This document shows, one piece after another, positions 1 through 10,168 of a DNA stretch of 64,000 nucleotides. The notes below the pieces were generated by a model. The model saw nothing but the letters and a program-made list of their open reading frames with translations. It had not been told where the DNA came from and did not search any database. The position numbers and the translations under genes are program-made. Every line of letters begins with the position of its first letter. Position 1 is the stretch's first letter. Source of the DNA: an uncultured archaeon (GTDB lineage: Archaea > Iainarchaeota > Iainarchaeia > Iainarchaeales > GCA-2688035); NCBI GenBank assembly GCA_964354805.1, contig CAYHBD010000035.1:22829-86828 (forward strand). Reading direction: 5' to 3'.

Positions 1-1
1 C

Positions 2-862
2 AGCTGTTGCATAGCTTTGTTCATTTACTACAGAAACATCTACAAGAGGAAAATGCAGCTGAATGTGATGCAAATGGAGTCGGAATTCAAGGACAGCCTG
101 TACATTCTTGCCTCAAGAATGGGCGAAAACAGGCCTGTTGAGGAAGCGTTAAAGCATACAAGTAGGTTCCTGCCTGATTTCAAGATAAGCAAAAGGGTTT
201 TCGGCAGAACAATTGAAAACATTGAATTGCTTGGCATGCCTTTGGAGGCAGCGATTTTTGACCCGAACTACGGCAGCTTAAAGAATCTGCCGAGCAAAAC
301 AATCCAGACAGGCATGCGGATAATGGTTGATTCAGTCGGCCTGGGCGTCAATGTTGCGGCAAGAACCCTGATCTCCCTTTCGCTGCAATTGACGAACAAC
401 GAAAAAGTAAACCAGACACTGAAAACACTGATAAGCGACACCACAAGCATGATGCGGACAATGGCAGTATTCATTGTCCCTGTTGTTTTGGGCGTTACAA
501 CAGCTTTGCAGAAAATCGTGATGCTGACACTTGCAACAATCCAAAGCAGCAGCATGAAACAGACACTGGACGCGCTTAAAAACAGCGACCTGCCAGGGGG
601 CTTAAGCGGCATGACAACAGGCTTTTCCATGGACGCAACGCAATTCGGTTCAATAGTCAAGCCATGGCAGTTTCTGTTGATTGTTGCCATGTACGTAATT
701 GAATTGGTTATAATAATGGTTTTCTTTACAACAAAAATCGAAGAGGACAACAAGCTTTTGTTCAGCATAAACCTGGCAAAAGCCCTGCCTATTGCAGTAG
801 CGATTTTCCTCATAAGCGTACTGGCCTCAGGAACCATTGCAGGCGGCTTCTTCGGGGGATGA
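2..862 (+). CDS. Type II secretion/type IV pilus membrane platform protein (GspF/TadC-like), 5'-truncated by window edge
   Basis: Frame is open from position 2. 'ESEFKDSLYILASRMGENRPVEEAL...LGMPLEAA' resembles the T2SSF domain and is followed by C-terminal hydrophobic helices; a pilin-like gene is adjacent. Confidence 0.75.
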   Translation, partial: SCCIALFIYYRNIYKRKMQLNVMQMESEFKDSLYILASRMGENRPVEEALKHTSRFLPDFKISKRVFGRTIENIELLGMPLEAAIFDPNYGSLKNLPSKTIQTGMRIMVDSVGLGVNVAARTLISLSLQLTNNEKVNQTLKTLISDTTSMMRTMAVFIVPVVLGVTTALQKIVMLTLATIQSSSMKQTLDALKNSDLPGGLSGMTTGFSMDATQFGSIVKPWQFLLIVAMYVIELVIIMVFFTTKIEEDNKLLFSINLAKALPIAVAIFLISVLASGTIAGGFFGG

Positions 863-905
863 ATTGAATTGCGATTCAAGCAGGCTTTTTCAGAGGCGAT
901 TTGAT

Positions 906-1364
906 TTGAACGAGCAAGGTCAGGAGAGCAGCGGTTTTCGCCTGCTGGTGGAAGCAGTGATGGTTGTCTTTATTCTGGTGATAATCTTTGCTGTCATAAG
1001 CAAGCTGGACGAAGTAACGCAGCAGGCAAGCGAGAAAAGGCTGTTTGAAGGATTCAGCAAAGCAGTTGACAGCCCAGATGGCTCTGTAATATTCGAAAAA
1101 GACCTTGTTTTAAGGGAGGGCAGTGTTTACAGCAGAACAGCTTTTGCCGAGTCTGCAACCAACATTGAGCCAGACAGCATTTTAATTCAGGCAAGCAACA
1201 ACAGCGCCTTTTTGCTGCTCAACAACGGTTCAGCCGTTGAAATCAGGTCACTTGTTTCAACAGATGTATACTACCAATGCAAAACAGAGTATGAGGACGG
1301 CGAACGCAAGATTAGCTGCACTATCAGCTTTGGACAGGAATTGAAAGAGGGCGAACCAGAATAA
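906..1364 (+). CDS. Pilin-like protein with class III signal peptide
   Basis: Probable TTG start at 906 after GAGGCGAT gives MNEQG|QESSGFRLLVEAVMVVFILVIIF (G|Q, then a hydrophobic helix); directly downstream of the GspF-like gene. ORF track start is 837. Confidence 0.65.
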   Translation: MNEQGQESSGFRLLVEAVMVVFILVIIFAVISKLDEVTQQASEKRLFEGFSKAVDSPDGSVIFEKDLVLREGSVYSRTAFAESATNIEPDSILIQASNNSAFLLLNNGSAVEIRSLVSTDVYYQCKTEYEDGERKISCTISFGQELKEGEPE

Positions 1365-1419
1365 CAAAAAACAGCTCATCAGCTTTGGGCAGGAATTGAA
1401 AGAGCAGAAAACAGAATAA
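1323..1419 (+). repeat. Tandem duplication of the pilin-like gene 3' end
   Basis: 1323-1364 (ISFGQELKEGEPE*) is repeated at 1378-1419 (ISFGQELKEQKTE*); both are followed by CAAAAAA(AA)CAGC. Confidence 0.9.
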
Positions 1420-1515
1420 CAAAAAAAACAGCCTGTTTTTAAACAAGAACAAATTTCTGCGCAGGCTTTCTTTTCCAAACGTTTTTATACCAGTTTTGCT
1501 TTCTATATTCCATAT

Positions 1516-2064
1516 ATGGTTCTGGAATTAATCGGCGAAACAGCCTTTGCCCTGATTGACCTGCTCAGAATGGCGCTGATAGCGGCAATTCCGGCATTTG
1601 TTCTAACACTCTTGGGGCAAGCGCTGTTCAAAAAAATCAGGGGAAAAAAGAAGAAAACCAGTTGGATTGTTGCAGCATTTGCAGCAAGCTATAGTGTAAT
1701 GCTGATTGTTGTTTTCTTCCTCTACCTTTTCCCGTTATATCTGGGTTTCGTTGAAAGCGATTTGGCAAAGCAAACCCCACTTCCAGAAATGCAGCTGACA
1801 GTGGTTGACTATGGCGTTGCATTCTTTGCAACAATTGTAAAGAATTTGATAAGCGCGGTAGTGCTAACAATCCTATTGCTGCCATTGCTTTTCTTTGCCT
1901 CTTTTGTAAGCGAAAAAATAGAGGAAAGGAAAAAGCTGCCTGCACTGGCAAACACCTTTATTGCGGTTTACTGCACAGCATTGCTTGCCTGGGTGATTAT
2001 TTTGTTTGTTTTCCCCTGGGTGCTTAGCGGAATACTTTATTTGCTTTTCTGGAGCCAAATATAA
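1516..2064 (+). CDS. Hypothetical polytopic membrane protein
   Basis: 182-aa ORF with about 4-5 hydrophobic segments. Confidence 0.8.
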   Translation: MVLELIGETAFALIDLLRMALIAAIPAFVLTLLGQALFKKIRGKKKKTSWIVAAFAASYSVMLIVVFFLYLFPLYLGFVESDLAKQTPLPEMQLTVVDYGVAFFATIVKNLISAVVLTILLLPLLFFASFVSEKIEERKKLPALANTFIAVYCTALLAWVIILFVFPWVLSGILYLLFWSQI

Positions 2065-2080
2065 AAGGAGAAAAACGAAA

Positions 2081-5000
2081 ATGATTGCAAAAGCTTTTTT
2101 TGCAGAGCAAAAAAACCTCATTGCAAAACCCAAGTTTTGCAATGCCTCGCAAAGTAGTGCTTTGCAAGGTGGAAAAAACAGCCTTCGGCAAAGATTTTTT
2201 TGCATTACACTGATTGCGCTGATGCTGAACCTGAGCTTCTACCCTGCTTTTGCCCAAACAGATTTGCCGAAGGGAGATGCTGAAAACGAATTACAAAACA
2301 GCGCCCTGCTGGCAGACAATAGCGGTGAAAATGCAGTGGAAATGAATCCTCTGCCAAGTTGGAACATTGATGAACAAACACTGCAAAACAGCGCGCTGCT
2401 TGCAGACAATGCTGATGAAGAAACATTAACTGGGACAGAGCCGCAGACAGAGTCAAGCACAAAAAGAATTGAATTTACCTGCAACACGCCGGAAAGCAAC
2501 CCGGATGAAAAGGTTCTTTCCCCGCAGGAAGTGGCTGAACTGAAAAGGAAAACACAGTTGGATGCAAACGGCTTCGGCATTGACCAGATTGACAGCGGCA
2601 AAGGCAGCAATCCAAAAAGAGAGGAAAGCGTGAACAACCTTGTTGTGCAGAAAACAGACAACAACGCCGCAATCCTGAACCAGATTCCGGACAAAAAAAT
2701 GGACATTGGGGAATTGGCGCCATGGCTGAACAGGTTTTCCTCAGGGCCTTTCGCTTTCGGAGTTTCGCTGGATGATACCCTGAGAATTGGGCAGTGCAGG
2801 AACCTGCCGAAATTGGAGGCAGAGAAAATAGGCTGCCCTGTCCTGGACAAGCAGTTGTCTTACAGAAACAGCGGGGCAGGCATTACAAGCGATTTCAAAA
2901 ACGTTTACAATGATGTAAAGGATTTCATAAGCGAGGATTTGCTTGGAAAGGAAAAAGGCGCTGGGCAATACACTGCAGAGGAACTGGCGCAGCTGCAGGC
3001 AAACCTCGCAAGCGAAGACGACCTGAATGGCTTGCAGGCAAAGCAGGTGAAAAGGGAAGTTAATCCAATTGAAAACAGCATCAAAACAGATAATTTCACA
3101 GCAGAGATGGCGACAAACTGCAACCAAAACAGCTGCCTGGTGAGCAGCTACAGCTTTTTTGACAAATACTTCAACAGCTGGTTTTCAGCTGAAATGGTTG
3201 TAACCAGCTTTGGCCCAACCTTGTTCGGGCAGGCAAAAAGATACCTTGGCTGGATGAGGAGAAGGGGCTGGCCTTGGAGTATGTCAGACAATCAATTGCT
3301 GAACAAGTTCAGGAGACAATTCATGAACCCTGACAGCCTCATAGGCAAAGCCAGAACACAGAGAATGATTACAAGGGTTGACAAGTATGGCTTTGGCGAA
3401 GTCTGGACTCCGATGGTTGAATGCACTGACTGGGATTCGGGGTATAAATGGATTAAAGGCGGCAGCATGAGAAAAATGATTAACGAAATGAGTGCACCAG
3501 GCGGCTTTTTGGACAAATTGGATGACCCTGTGAGGAAAGGCGAGTTCTTTAAATTAGTAAGGGAAATGAACGGCTATGCTAAAACAAACAAAGCAATGAT
3601 TGGCTATGCCGATGAAGCGTATATGGGTGCTTTAAAGAAATTCGGCCCTGGCAGCCCTGAGGCAAGAAGTGCATTAATTGAATACGCCAGAACAAACGGA
3701 AAAGTTCTTGGGTGGATGGATGATGCCTTCAGCTTGGATGCACCAGAATGGTTTGCCAGAGACGACTATGCAGGATTGTATGATGTTGGAGTGAAGCATT
3801 TGCAGAGCGGAACAGTGCATCCTTTGAGCGGGGACAGCCACCATATCAGAGCAACAATAGACAAATTCGTACAGGACGGCGACTGGAGCAATTTTGACAC
3901 ATGGGGAAATAAGGCATACGAAGCAACAGAAGATGGCTTGCTGCAATTGTACAAAATTGACCCGGCAGGGGAATTCATCAGCGAAGTGGCAGTTGAAGAC
4001 CTGCAGAAGAATTTCTCGCACTTTGTTGACAAGGCAGCGTTAACTGAAAAAGGAGACTTGATTAGAATTGACGGGACAAGCATTGACTACATTGTAAAGG
4101 AAGCCCCGGGCACAGGAAAGGTAAAGGTATTCAAGGCAAGCTGGAAGCCGATTGAAGCTGAAACACCAGAAAGGTTTGCAGGAAGGCTGACCCACAGCAG
4201 GGTAAAAGGCAGGCTTACAGGCAACTTCCCCTCCAACACGCAAAGATTATACGATGCATTGGTTGAAAAGAATTTTGCAGGAAAAAGCAGGCACTACTAC
4301 AGCCTGCTTGACAAGGCTTTTGCCCAAGAAGATGAGATTTTAAAGAGCTATTTCAGTGTCAAAGGCGGCTTGAAATGGACAGCTCTTCCATTGGCTTACT
4401 GGGGCGGAAAGCAGGGCCTTGGCTTTGAGGGAATTAGCGCCTACCAGCTGCCTGACACATGGTATAACGTCGAAATGCACACAGGCGATGCCTCGCTGTT
4501 TGATGATGCATTCATTGACTTTTTTGCAAACGAAGGCAGCGATGAAGGCGACATATTTATCCAGGTGCTGAACAAGCTGCCCTGGAAAATGGTGTACAAT
4601 TACATTTGGGAGAATTATTTGCCTGCAAAGGACACTTACGAAAAACTGACAAATCCAAGCAGCGGCTGGAGAAGGGAGGTTGAAAACGTTGCATTAATCA
4701 GCTCAAGCGCTGAAGAATGCGCCAATTGCAGCATTGGCTTGTTTGTAAACACGCCGACAGAACAGTCAGTATCTGAACTAATGACAACAGGAAAAGGCGA
4801 GGCAAGGATTGAATTCAGCTCAAACCAGAAAATGCAATCATACCTGCTTGAGGATGTTTTGTCAGACAAAGCAAAAGAAGAGGGCACAACCCTGATTGCT
4901 TATGGGCACCATACGGATTTAAGCGGCAAGAGCCCTGCCGGAGAAAAGGGAATTGAGAACGGAAAAATTGATTTGGTTGAAGCGCGGAACAACAAGGAAA

Positions 5001-6958
5001 CATGCGCTGACAAGGTTAAAAAATTGGGTTTGGGCTTTTTGGGAGATGATCCGCAGAGGGCAGCTGCAGTGCTTGCATTCGGCGAAACAGCGCTTTATGC
5101 TGTCTTCTTCTGGAGCGGAATAATCGGCAGCGTGGTGCAGCAGACATTGCTTGTGCCTGAATTGCAGGACTGCGTTGATGACAAGGAGGGCTACTATCTG
5201 CACATGTTTGCCCCTGCATCAAAAGCCGCAAAGAGCGAGCCGCCAAACCAGAAGGCAAGCGAGAAAGCAGGCGACATAATAAAGAATGTGACGGACTTTG
5301 TTACAGGCAGCAAGGGAGATGCTGCAACTACCACTGAGAAAGCGCAGAGCAAGAGCGCCTGGCAGCAGGTATTGGATAAGGTTGCCCTGACTGCAAAGGA
5401 ATTGAGCGATAAAGCGCAGGCTTCAACTATTTTGCAGGCAAGCGTTGAAACATCCGGCAAGACTTATGGGATAGTTTCCTTCAAGCAGCTGTTCTTCTAC
5501 TGGTTCAAGGGAACGGCACAGCCTGCGGTGTATGACAATAAAACAAAAAGCTATTACAGGGATTTGGACAACAACATTGATGTGTTGATTGACAATGAAA
5601 AAGGCATTCTTGCCGTGAGCAAGGATGCTCAGCCGTTTGAAACAGTCATCGAGGGCAAAGACCATACAAGGCTTGCCACTCCAAGCAGTGAAAATACTTC
5701 TTTGGAGATTCCGCAGAGGATTGGCCAGATTGGTTTGCCGACTGAAGGCGCTGCGTTAAATGAAATGCTGTTTGAAATGGACTGGCAGGGCAGCCTTGCT
5801 GTTCATCCAGAGGTATTGGATTGCATTAGGGAAAACGTTGAACAGCAGACAGGCGTGCCTCTTTCAACAGATAAAATAACCGATGCTTTCGGCGCAGTGG
5901 AAGCAATTGTTACAACCTCGCATCCGAGAATTTCAGCGGATAAGGTAGAGAAGGCAATAATTGCAAATGGTTCCCCAAGAGAAATCGTTTACGGCGATAA
6001 CGCAAAGGCAACTGTTTTTGTGAACAGAAAAACTGTTTTGACCAACAGCACTGATGTTAACGTTGGATTGTTCCAGTCAATCCAGTTCAAGAACGGGGTG
6101 ATATTGTACAAGCCTGAAACGAATGAATTAATTATTTGGCTGAGGCATAACGAGCAGAGCATTTTAAGGCAGGGCGATGTCACTGGATTGAAAGCAACCC
6201 CCTCAAAAGTCATTAACGCTGAAACAGGATGCCCAGAGCCTGCAATCGATTTGGAAGCGCTGCCGAATTTGGAGGCGGGAGACCAAAGCGCAATAACAAA
6301 GAGGGTTGAAAACTTCAATGATTCTATTGAGAAAATGGGGCCATTCCAGACTTTTGACACTGAAAAGCACAGGTTCATTTTTTACAGCGTGAAAACAAGC
6401 CCAAGCTGCGACCCGAATACTGAGGGGTGCTGCCAGAGCAGAGTTAGAATAATCGACAAGGAAACAGGCGAGGTTATTGACGAGCCACTGGTTGGCGACA
6501 TTGAGAAAACCCCTACCGGAATAAAATTCACCACGCTTGGCCCAGATGGAAAGCAGACAGAGCATACTCTTGACTTCAGCGCAGAGAACGGCATTCCGAA
6601 AATCAGCTATGACGGAATGCCGCCTGAAACACTTTTAAGCGCCACAGGCCCAAACGGCAGCTTCTGGTATGACACTGAGAATGGGCAATGGTATCCGGAG
6701 AACGCGCAGCTGCTGCCATTGGATGATACATTCAAGCAGGGCTTTGACACAAGGCACAGGGAGGACTGCAGCGCCAGCACTCAAGGGGGAGGCAACACAA
6801 TGAATGTCCAGCTCGGCACAGGAGACACAGGCATGCCCTTCAATCTGCCCTCGCTGCCGGAACAGCCGCTTGCATTGCTGTTGTTTATTGTTTCATTGCT
6901 TGCAGTAATAGGGGTTGCAAGAATCGAGATTGAAAGAAAATTTAAATCGCTGCAGTGA
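2081..6958 (+). CDS. Large secreted protein with C-terminal membrane anchor, unknown function (~1625 aa)
   Basis: ATG 2081 after AGGAG; signal-like segment FFCITLIALMLNLSFYPAFA; many Cys pairs; C-terminal TM PLALLLFIVSLLAVIGVA then RIEIERK; N-terminal duplication LQNSALLADN x2. Confidence 0.85.
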   Translation: MIAKAFFAEQKNLIAKPKFCNASQSSALQGGKNSLRQRFFCITLIALMLNLSFYPAFAQTDLPKGDAENELQNSALLADNSGENAVEMNPLPSWNIDEQTLQNSALLADNADEETLTGTEPQTESSTKRIEFTCNTPESNPDEKVLSPQEVAELKRKTQLDANGFGIDQIDSGKGSNPKREESVNNLVVQKTDNNAAILNQIPDKKMDIGELAPWLNRFSSGPFAFGVSLDDTLRIGQCRNLPKLEAEKIGCPVLDKQLSYRNSGAGITSDFKNVYNDVKDFISEDLLGKEKGAGQYTAEELAQLQANLASEDDLNGLQAKQVKREVNPIENSIKTDNFTAEMATNCNQNSCLVSSYSFFDKYFNSWFSAEMVVTSFGPTLFGQAKRYLGWMRRRGWPWSMSDNQLLNKFRRQFMNPDSLIGKARTQRMITRVDKYGFGEVWTPMVECTDWDSGYKWIKGGSMRKMINEMSAPGGFLDKLDDPVRKGEFFKLVREMNGYAKTNKAMIGYADEAYMGALKKFGPGSPEARSALIEYARTNGKVLGWMDDAFSLDAPEWFARDDYAGLYDVGVKHLQSGTVHPLSGDSHHIRATIDKFVQDGDWSNFDTWGNKAYEATEDGLLQLYKIDPAGEFISEVAVEDLQKNFSHFVDKAALTEKGDLIRIDGTSIDYIVKEAPGTGKVKVFKASWKPIEAETPERFAGRLTHSRVKGRLTGNFPSNTQRLYDALVEKNFAGKSRHYYSLLDKAFAQEDEILKSYFSVKGGLKWTALPLAYWGGKQGLGFEGISAYQLPDTWYNVEMHTGDASLFDDAFIDFFANEGSDEGDIFIQVLNKLPWKMVYNYIWENYLPAKDTYEKLTNPSSGWRREVENVALISSSAEECANCSIGLFVNTPTEQSVSELMTTGKGEARIEFSSNQKMQSYLLEDVLSDKAKEEGTTLIAYGHHTDLSGKSPAGEKGIENGKIDLVEARNNKETCADKVKKLGLGFLGDDPQRAAAVLAFGETALYAVFFWSGIIGSVVQQTLLVPELQDCVDDKEGYYLHMFAPASKAAKSEPPNQKASEKAGDIIKNVTDFVTGSKGDAATTTEKAQSKSAWQQVLDKVALTAKELSDKAQASTILQASVETSGKTYGIVSFKQLFFYWFKGTAQPAVYDNKTKSYYRDLDNNIDVLIDNEKGILAVSKDAQPFETVIEGKDHTRLATPSSENTSLEIPQRIGQIGLPTEGAALNEMLFEMDWQGSLAVHPEVLDCIRENVEQQTGVPLSTDKITDAFGAVEAIVTTSHPRISADKVEKAIIANGSPREIVYGDNAKATVFVNRKTVLTNSTDVNVGLFQSIQFKNGVILYKPETNELIIWLRHNEQSILRQGDVTGLKATPSKVINAETGCPEPAIDLEALPNLEAGDQSAITKRVENFNDSIEKMGPFQTFDTEKHRFIFYSVKTSPSCDPNTEGCCQSRVRIIDKETGEVIDEPLVGDIEKTPTGIKFTTLGPDGKQTEHTLDFSAENGIPKISYDGMPPETLLSATGPNGSFWYDTENGQWYPENAQLLPLDDTFKQGFDTRHREDCSASTQGGGNTMNVQLGTGDTGMPFNLPSLPEQPLALLLFIVSLLAVIGVARIEIERKFKSLQ
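2091..2178. repeat. Three-hairpin palindromic element, in-frame in the CDS N-terminus
   Basis: AAGC-TTTTTTTGC/AGA/GCAAAAAAA-CCT-CATTGCAAAAC/CCAA/GTTTTGCAATG-CCTCGCAAAGT/AGT/GCTTTGCAAGG-TGGAAAAAA; same architecture as 20716-20807. Confidence 0.8.
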
Positions 6959-7059
6959 AATTTGTTACTATAATCGCGATTGCAAAAATTTTTGTTGGGA
7001 GAAAATTCGATTGGCAAATAAATTTTGTTTTATTTATTTCTTCTTAGGGGGGCTACTCA

Positions 7060-7710
7060 TTGCAGGAAGAGAATTTCCAAATACTCCTGTTTCTAGCTGA
7101 GAAGGGAGGGCTGCATTCCGCCATCAGAATCAGCACAGCCAAAATTGCCCAGCATTTCGGCATTTCGCAGCAGAGCGCCAGCAGAAAGCTGCGCTTGCTT
7201 GCAGCAGACAATTTGATTTCGCTGAGCGCAACTCCTGCAGGCAGCAGGGTGCAGCTGACAGAGCAGGGCATTGCCTTATTGAAAAATCGCTTTGTTGAAT
7301 TGCAGCAGTTGTTTGAAAAAAAGAAGGCAAGCGCTTTGGCTGGAACAGTTAAAATCGGCTTGGGCGAGGGAAAGTATTATGTTTCGAAAAAGCCTTATTT
7401 GGCACAGTTCAAGAAATTGCTTGGCTTTGTCCCCTTCTTTGGAACGCTGAATCTGATTGTTGGCAGGGAAGAACTAAATTCTTTCCTCGCTGGCATGCAG
7501 CCGATTTTAATAGAGGGTTTTGAAACAAGGGAAAGAAGCTTTGGCCCAATCAAGGCATTCAAGGCAATGGTTGAAGGCAAGCAGCAGGCTGCAATAATTT
7601 TCCCTGAGAGAAGCACGCACCCTGAAAACGAGATTGAAGTGATTGCGCCAATAAATCTGCGGAAAAAATTCGGATTAAGGGAAGGCAGCAAGGTGACAAT
7701 TTTGCAATAG
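7060..7710 (+). CDS. ribK: CTP-dependent riboflavin kinase with N-terminal winged HTH (RbkR-like)
   Basis: HTH 'STAKIAQHFGISQQSASRKL'; kinase motifs 'GLGEGKYYV', 'LGFVPFFGTLN', 'FPERSTHP', 'IEVIAPINLRKKFGLREG'. Confidence 0.92.
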   Translation: MQEENFQILLFLAEKGGLHSAIRISTAKIAQHFGISQQSASRKLRLLAADNLISLSATPAGSRVQLTEQGIALLKNRFVELQQLFEKKKASALAGTVKIGLGEGKYYVSKKPYLAQFKKLLGFVPFFGTLNLIVGREELNSFLAGMQPILIEGFETRERSFGPIKAFKAMVEGKQQAAIIFPERSTHPENEIEVIAPINLRKKFGLREGSKVTILQ

Positions 7711-7848
7711 CCTGAGCCTAAAAAAAATCAAAACTAAAAGAAACAAGCAATCACAAATTAGCCAAAGCTGAGAAGAATATTCAAATTAAAGGAAGGCGGC
7801 AAGTTACAATTACACAATAAAGTGTTTCCCAAAGAAAGCCGGCAATAA

Positions 7849-8703
7849 CTACGGCGCCTCTACTTTTGCCCATTTAGGTCTTCTTTTGATTATGCCCCTG
7901 TCAATAGCCCCTTTCACAACCTGGTCATCTTCCTTGTATCCTTCCCTGAACTGCTTCAGAATGCCTGTGATTTCGCCTTGGAACCGCAGCCATGCCTTGC
8001 TAACTGCATCATTGTAGATTGCAATATGCTCGCCCCTGTTATCCGGCCTTACAGCGCCTGTTTCAACCTTTTGCCTTAATTCGCCTGCAGCAGCCCGCAT
8101 GCTGTTTTCAAGGCGTTGGTGAGCTTCCTGCATTCGCCTTTCAACACCGCTTTCATTGCGCCAAGCAGCTGCCGCTGCCATTCTTCTTCCCTCTTTTCTG
8201 GAAGCAAAAATTCCAGGCTGCTTTAAAACCCTTTCACCTTGCCCAGTTGGTACTTCCCCTTTTTGCTTTCTAAAAATTTTGCCCAATAATTTTAAAGGAT
8301 GCAGAATAAGCCAGCCTTCATAGCCCCCGAAAACCAATTTTGATTTATTTGGGTGCCTAACCAAAGGCCACAGCTTTGAAGTTCTTTCCACCTTGGGAAG
8401 CTGAGGAAACCCACCCATGAATTTCCGGGCTTCCAGCAGCTTTGCATCAATTTCTCTGCCCAAAAGATTGAAATCAATCAATGGACCTGTTGGGCCAGGC
8501 GCTGGCGGTGGCACGGCAGGAACATGAATGTGGTGCTCGCTGCCCTCAACCGTTACGTGCTCTGCTCCACCACCTTCGTGGATTGTGAACCTGTCAGGCT
8601 CCCTGAAAATACCATATCTGCTGCCCTGTACGCCAATCCTGCCTCTTTGCCCTGGCACTGTTGCAATTAAGGGCATTCTATTGCGCCTTTGTGCTCTAGC
8701 CAT
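7849..8703 (-). CDS. Basic hypothetical protein
   Basis: 284-aa ORF; N-terminal motif shared with the neighbouring small ORF. Confidence 0.7.
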   Translation of the reverse strand: MARAQRRNRMPLIATVPGQRGRIGVQGSRYGIFREPDRFTIHEGGGAEHVTVEGSEHHIHVPAVPPPAPGPTGPLIDFNLLGREIDAKLLEARKFMGGFPQLPKVERTSKLWPLVRHPNKSKLVFGGYEGWLILHPLKLLGKIFRKQKGEVPTGQGERVLKQPGIFASRKEGRRMAAAAAWRNESGVERRMQEAHQRLENSMRAAAGELRQKVETGAVRPDNRGEHIAIYNDAVSKAWLRFQGEITGILKQFREGYKEDDQVVKGAIDRGIIKRRPKWAKVEAP

Positions 8704-8739
8704 TTTTCGAACACCTCAAAAAAAATCAATGAAAAAAAT

Positions 8740-8946
8740 TCATCTATAGATTACTTTTGGTTTTTTGGGCGGCCTTTTTATTGTGAATGTATCGGCTTCT
8801 CTTGTAATTCCCCATTTGCTTCCCTTAACATGACCCCAGCCTCTTTGGCCTGGCACGCTAAAAGCTGGCACTGGCTTTTTTTTCTTTGCCAATCTTCCTA
8901 TTGGTCTTCTTCCTGGCATTCCTTTTACACCTCCGGATTGTTGCAC
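8740..8946 (-). CDS. Small basic protein, paralog of the N-terminus of 7849..8703
   Basis: VPGQRGWGHVKGSKWGITREADTFTI vs VPGQRGRIGVQGSRYGIFREPDRFTI. True start may be the internal Met (MPGRRP). Confidence 0.7.
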   Translation of the reverse strand: MQQSGGVKGMPGRRPIGRLAKKKKPVPAFSVPGQRGWGHVKGSKWGITREADTFTIKRPPKKPKVIYR

Positions 8947-9072
8947 TAATTGCTTATTGAATAATTGTATTTTCCGTTGTTTTTAATCCTTTCGAATTAA
9001 AAGAATCAGTGAAAAAATAGTGTTCACATCTACATCGACGGGTCTGGGGGTGCTGTTTTCAATAGAATTTAT

Positions 9073-9888
9073 TCAAGTGTACATCGGCGCTTCGGGCTGT
9101 GTTTCCAGGGGATGCGGTTCGCTGCTGACTTCCTTCAGCTTCTGCAAATGCTCAACCAGCGCTTTTTCCGTTTCCTTTGCTTCCTGCTGCAGTGGCTTTA
9201 CGTCAATGCTCAAGCCAAGCATTTCATTCAGTTTCTCTATAACAGCGGCAGCTGCCTGGTAGTCTGCGGCAATGTGCACGTTTCCAAGCAGGCTGAATGC
9301 CTCGATTGCCCTGTCCTTGAATTCAAGCATCATCAAAGCAGTTACCCCGCTGGTAATGCCCTCCTTAATTATTTCAATGTTATAATCTTTCAGAATCTTT
9401 TTGCTGTCGTTGTCAGAGGCAATCCCGTAAATTTTTTCAGTTCCATCCTTTTCAGGCATTGCCCTTATGCCGCTCAGGCTAATAACACGCTTTATTTTCT
9501 TTCTCTGAATCCAGTCAGCAATTGCCTTGCCAAGCCTGTCGGTAAATACCTGGGGAACAATCTGCTCTGAAACAAGCAAAACCAACTTGTTCTTTTTGTC
9601 AATATAGATTCTCGTTGGATGCACAGGCAAGCCCTCGTGCACTCTCACGATTGGAACAAAAATGCTTGAATCAATAAAGCCGACCTCCTGCAGCTGCAGC
9701 TTTTCGCTCAAAAACTTTGTCGCAATGGTTCCAACCAGGCCCATTCCCGGAAACCCTTCCACAAGAGTAAAGCCATTCAAATCAACTGGCCTCTTCTCAA
9801 CAAAATCTATTTCAACATCGCTGGCAAAAGGCCTTGCATTCCTTTGGGCAACCGTCGCATTCTTTGCATTTTTAGGCATATCAACCAT
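9073..9888 (-). CDS. PAC2 family proteasome assembly chaperone (PbaA/PbaB-like)
   Basis: 'LVEGFPGMGLVGTIATKFL', 'EGITSGVTALMM', 'DYQAAAAVIEKLNEMLGLSIDVKPL'; C-terminal HbYX-type motif MYT. Confidence 0.9.
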   Translation of the reverse strand: MVDMPKNAKNATVAQRNARPFASDVEIDFVEKRPVDLNGFTLVEGFPGMGLVGTIATKFLSEKLQLQEVGFIDSSIFVPIVRVHEGLPVHPTRIYIDKKNKLVLLVSEQIVPQVFTDRLGKAIADWIQRKKIKRVISLSGIRAMPEKDGTEKIYGIASDNDSKKILKDYNIEIIKEGITSGVTALMMLEFKDRAIEAFSLLGNVHIAADYQAAAAVIEKLNEMLGLSIDVKPLQQEAKETEKALVEHLQKLKEVSSEPHPLETQPEAPMYT

Positions 9889-10168
9889 TCACTGCTAAAT
9901 TAAAAGACTAAAGTGGTTTAAAATGGTTTCTATTCGGGCAACAGCAGGTTGGGTAATGTTTAAATAGCACTTTACCCTTTGTTTAAACTGAAGCCCTCTT
10001 TCCATTCGCAAGGGCTTTAAATTTTCATTTATATAAACATTAATATATTAGTTGAAACAGAAATATTAATTAGGCATAGTAATAAAGTTAATGGAAAATT
10101 TGGCTGCAAAAATTTAAAGAAAATTAATTGGAACCAAAAAAAAGAATATTGGAAAAAGTGAACAGAGC

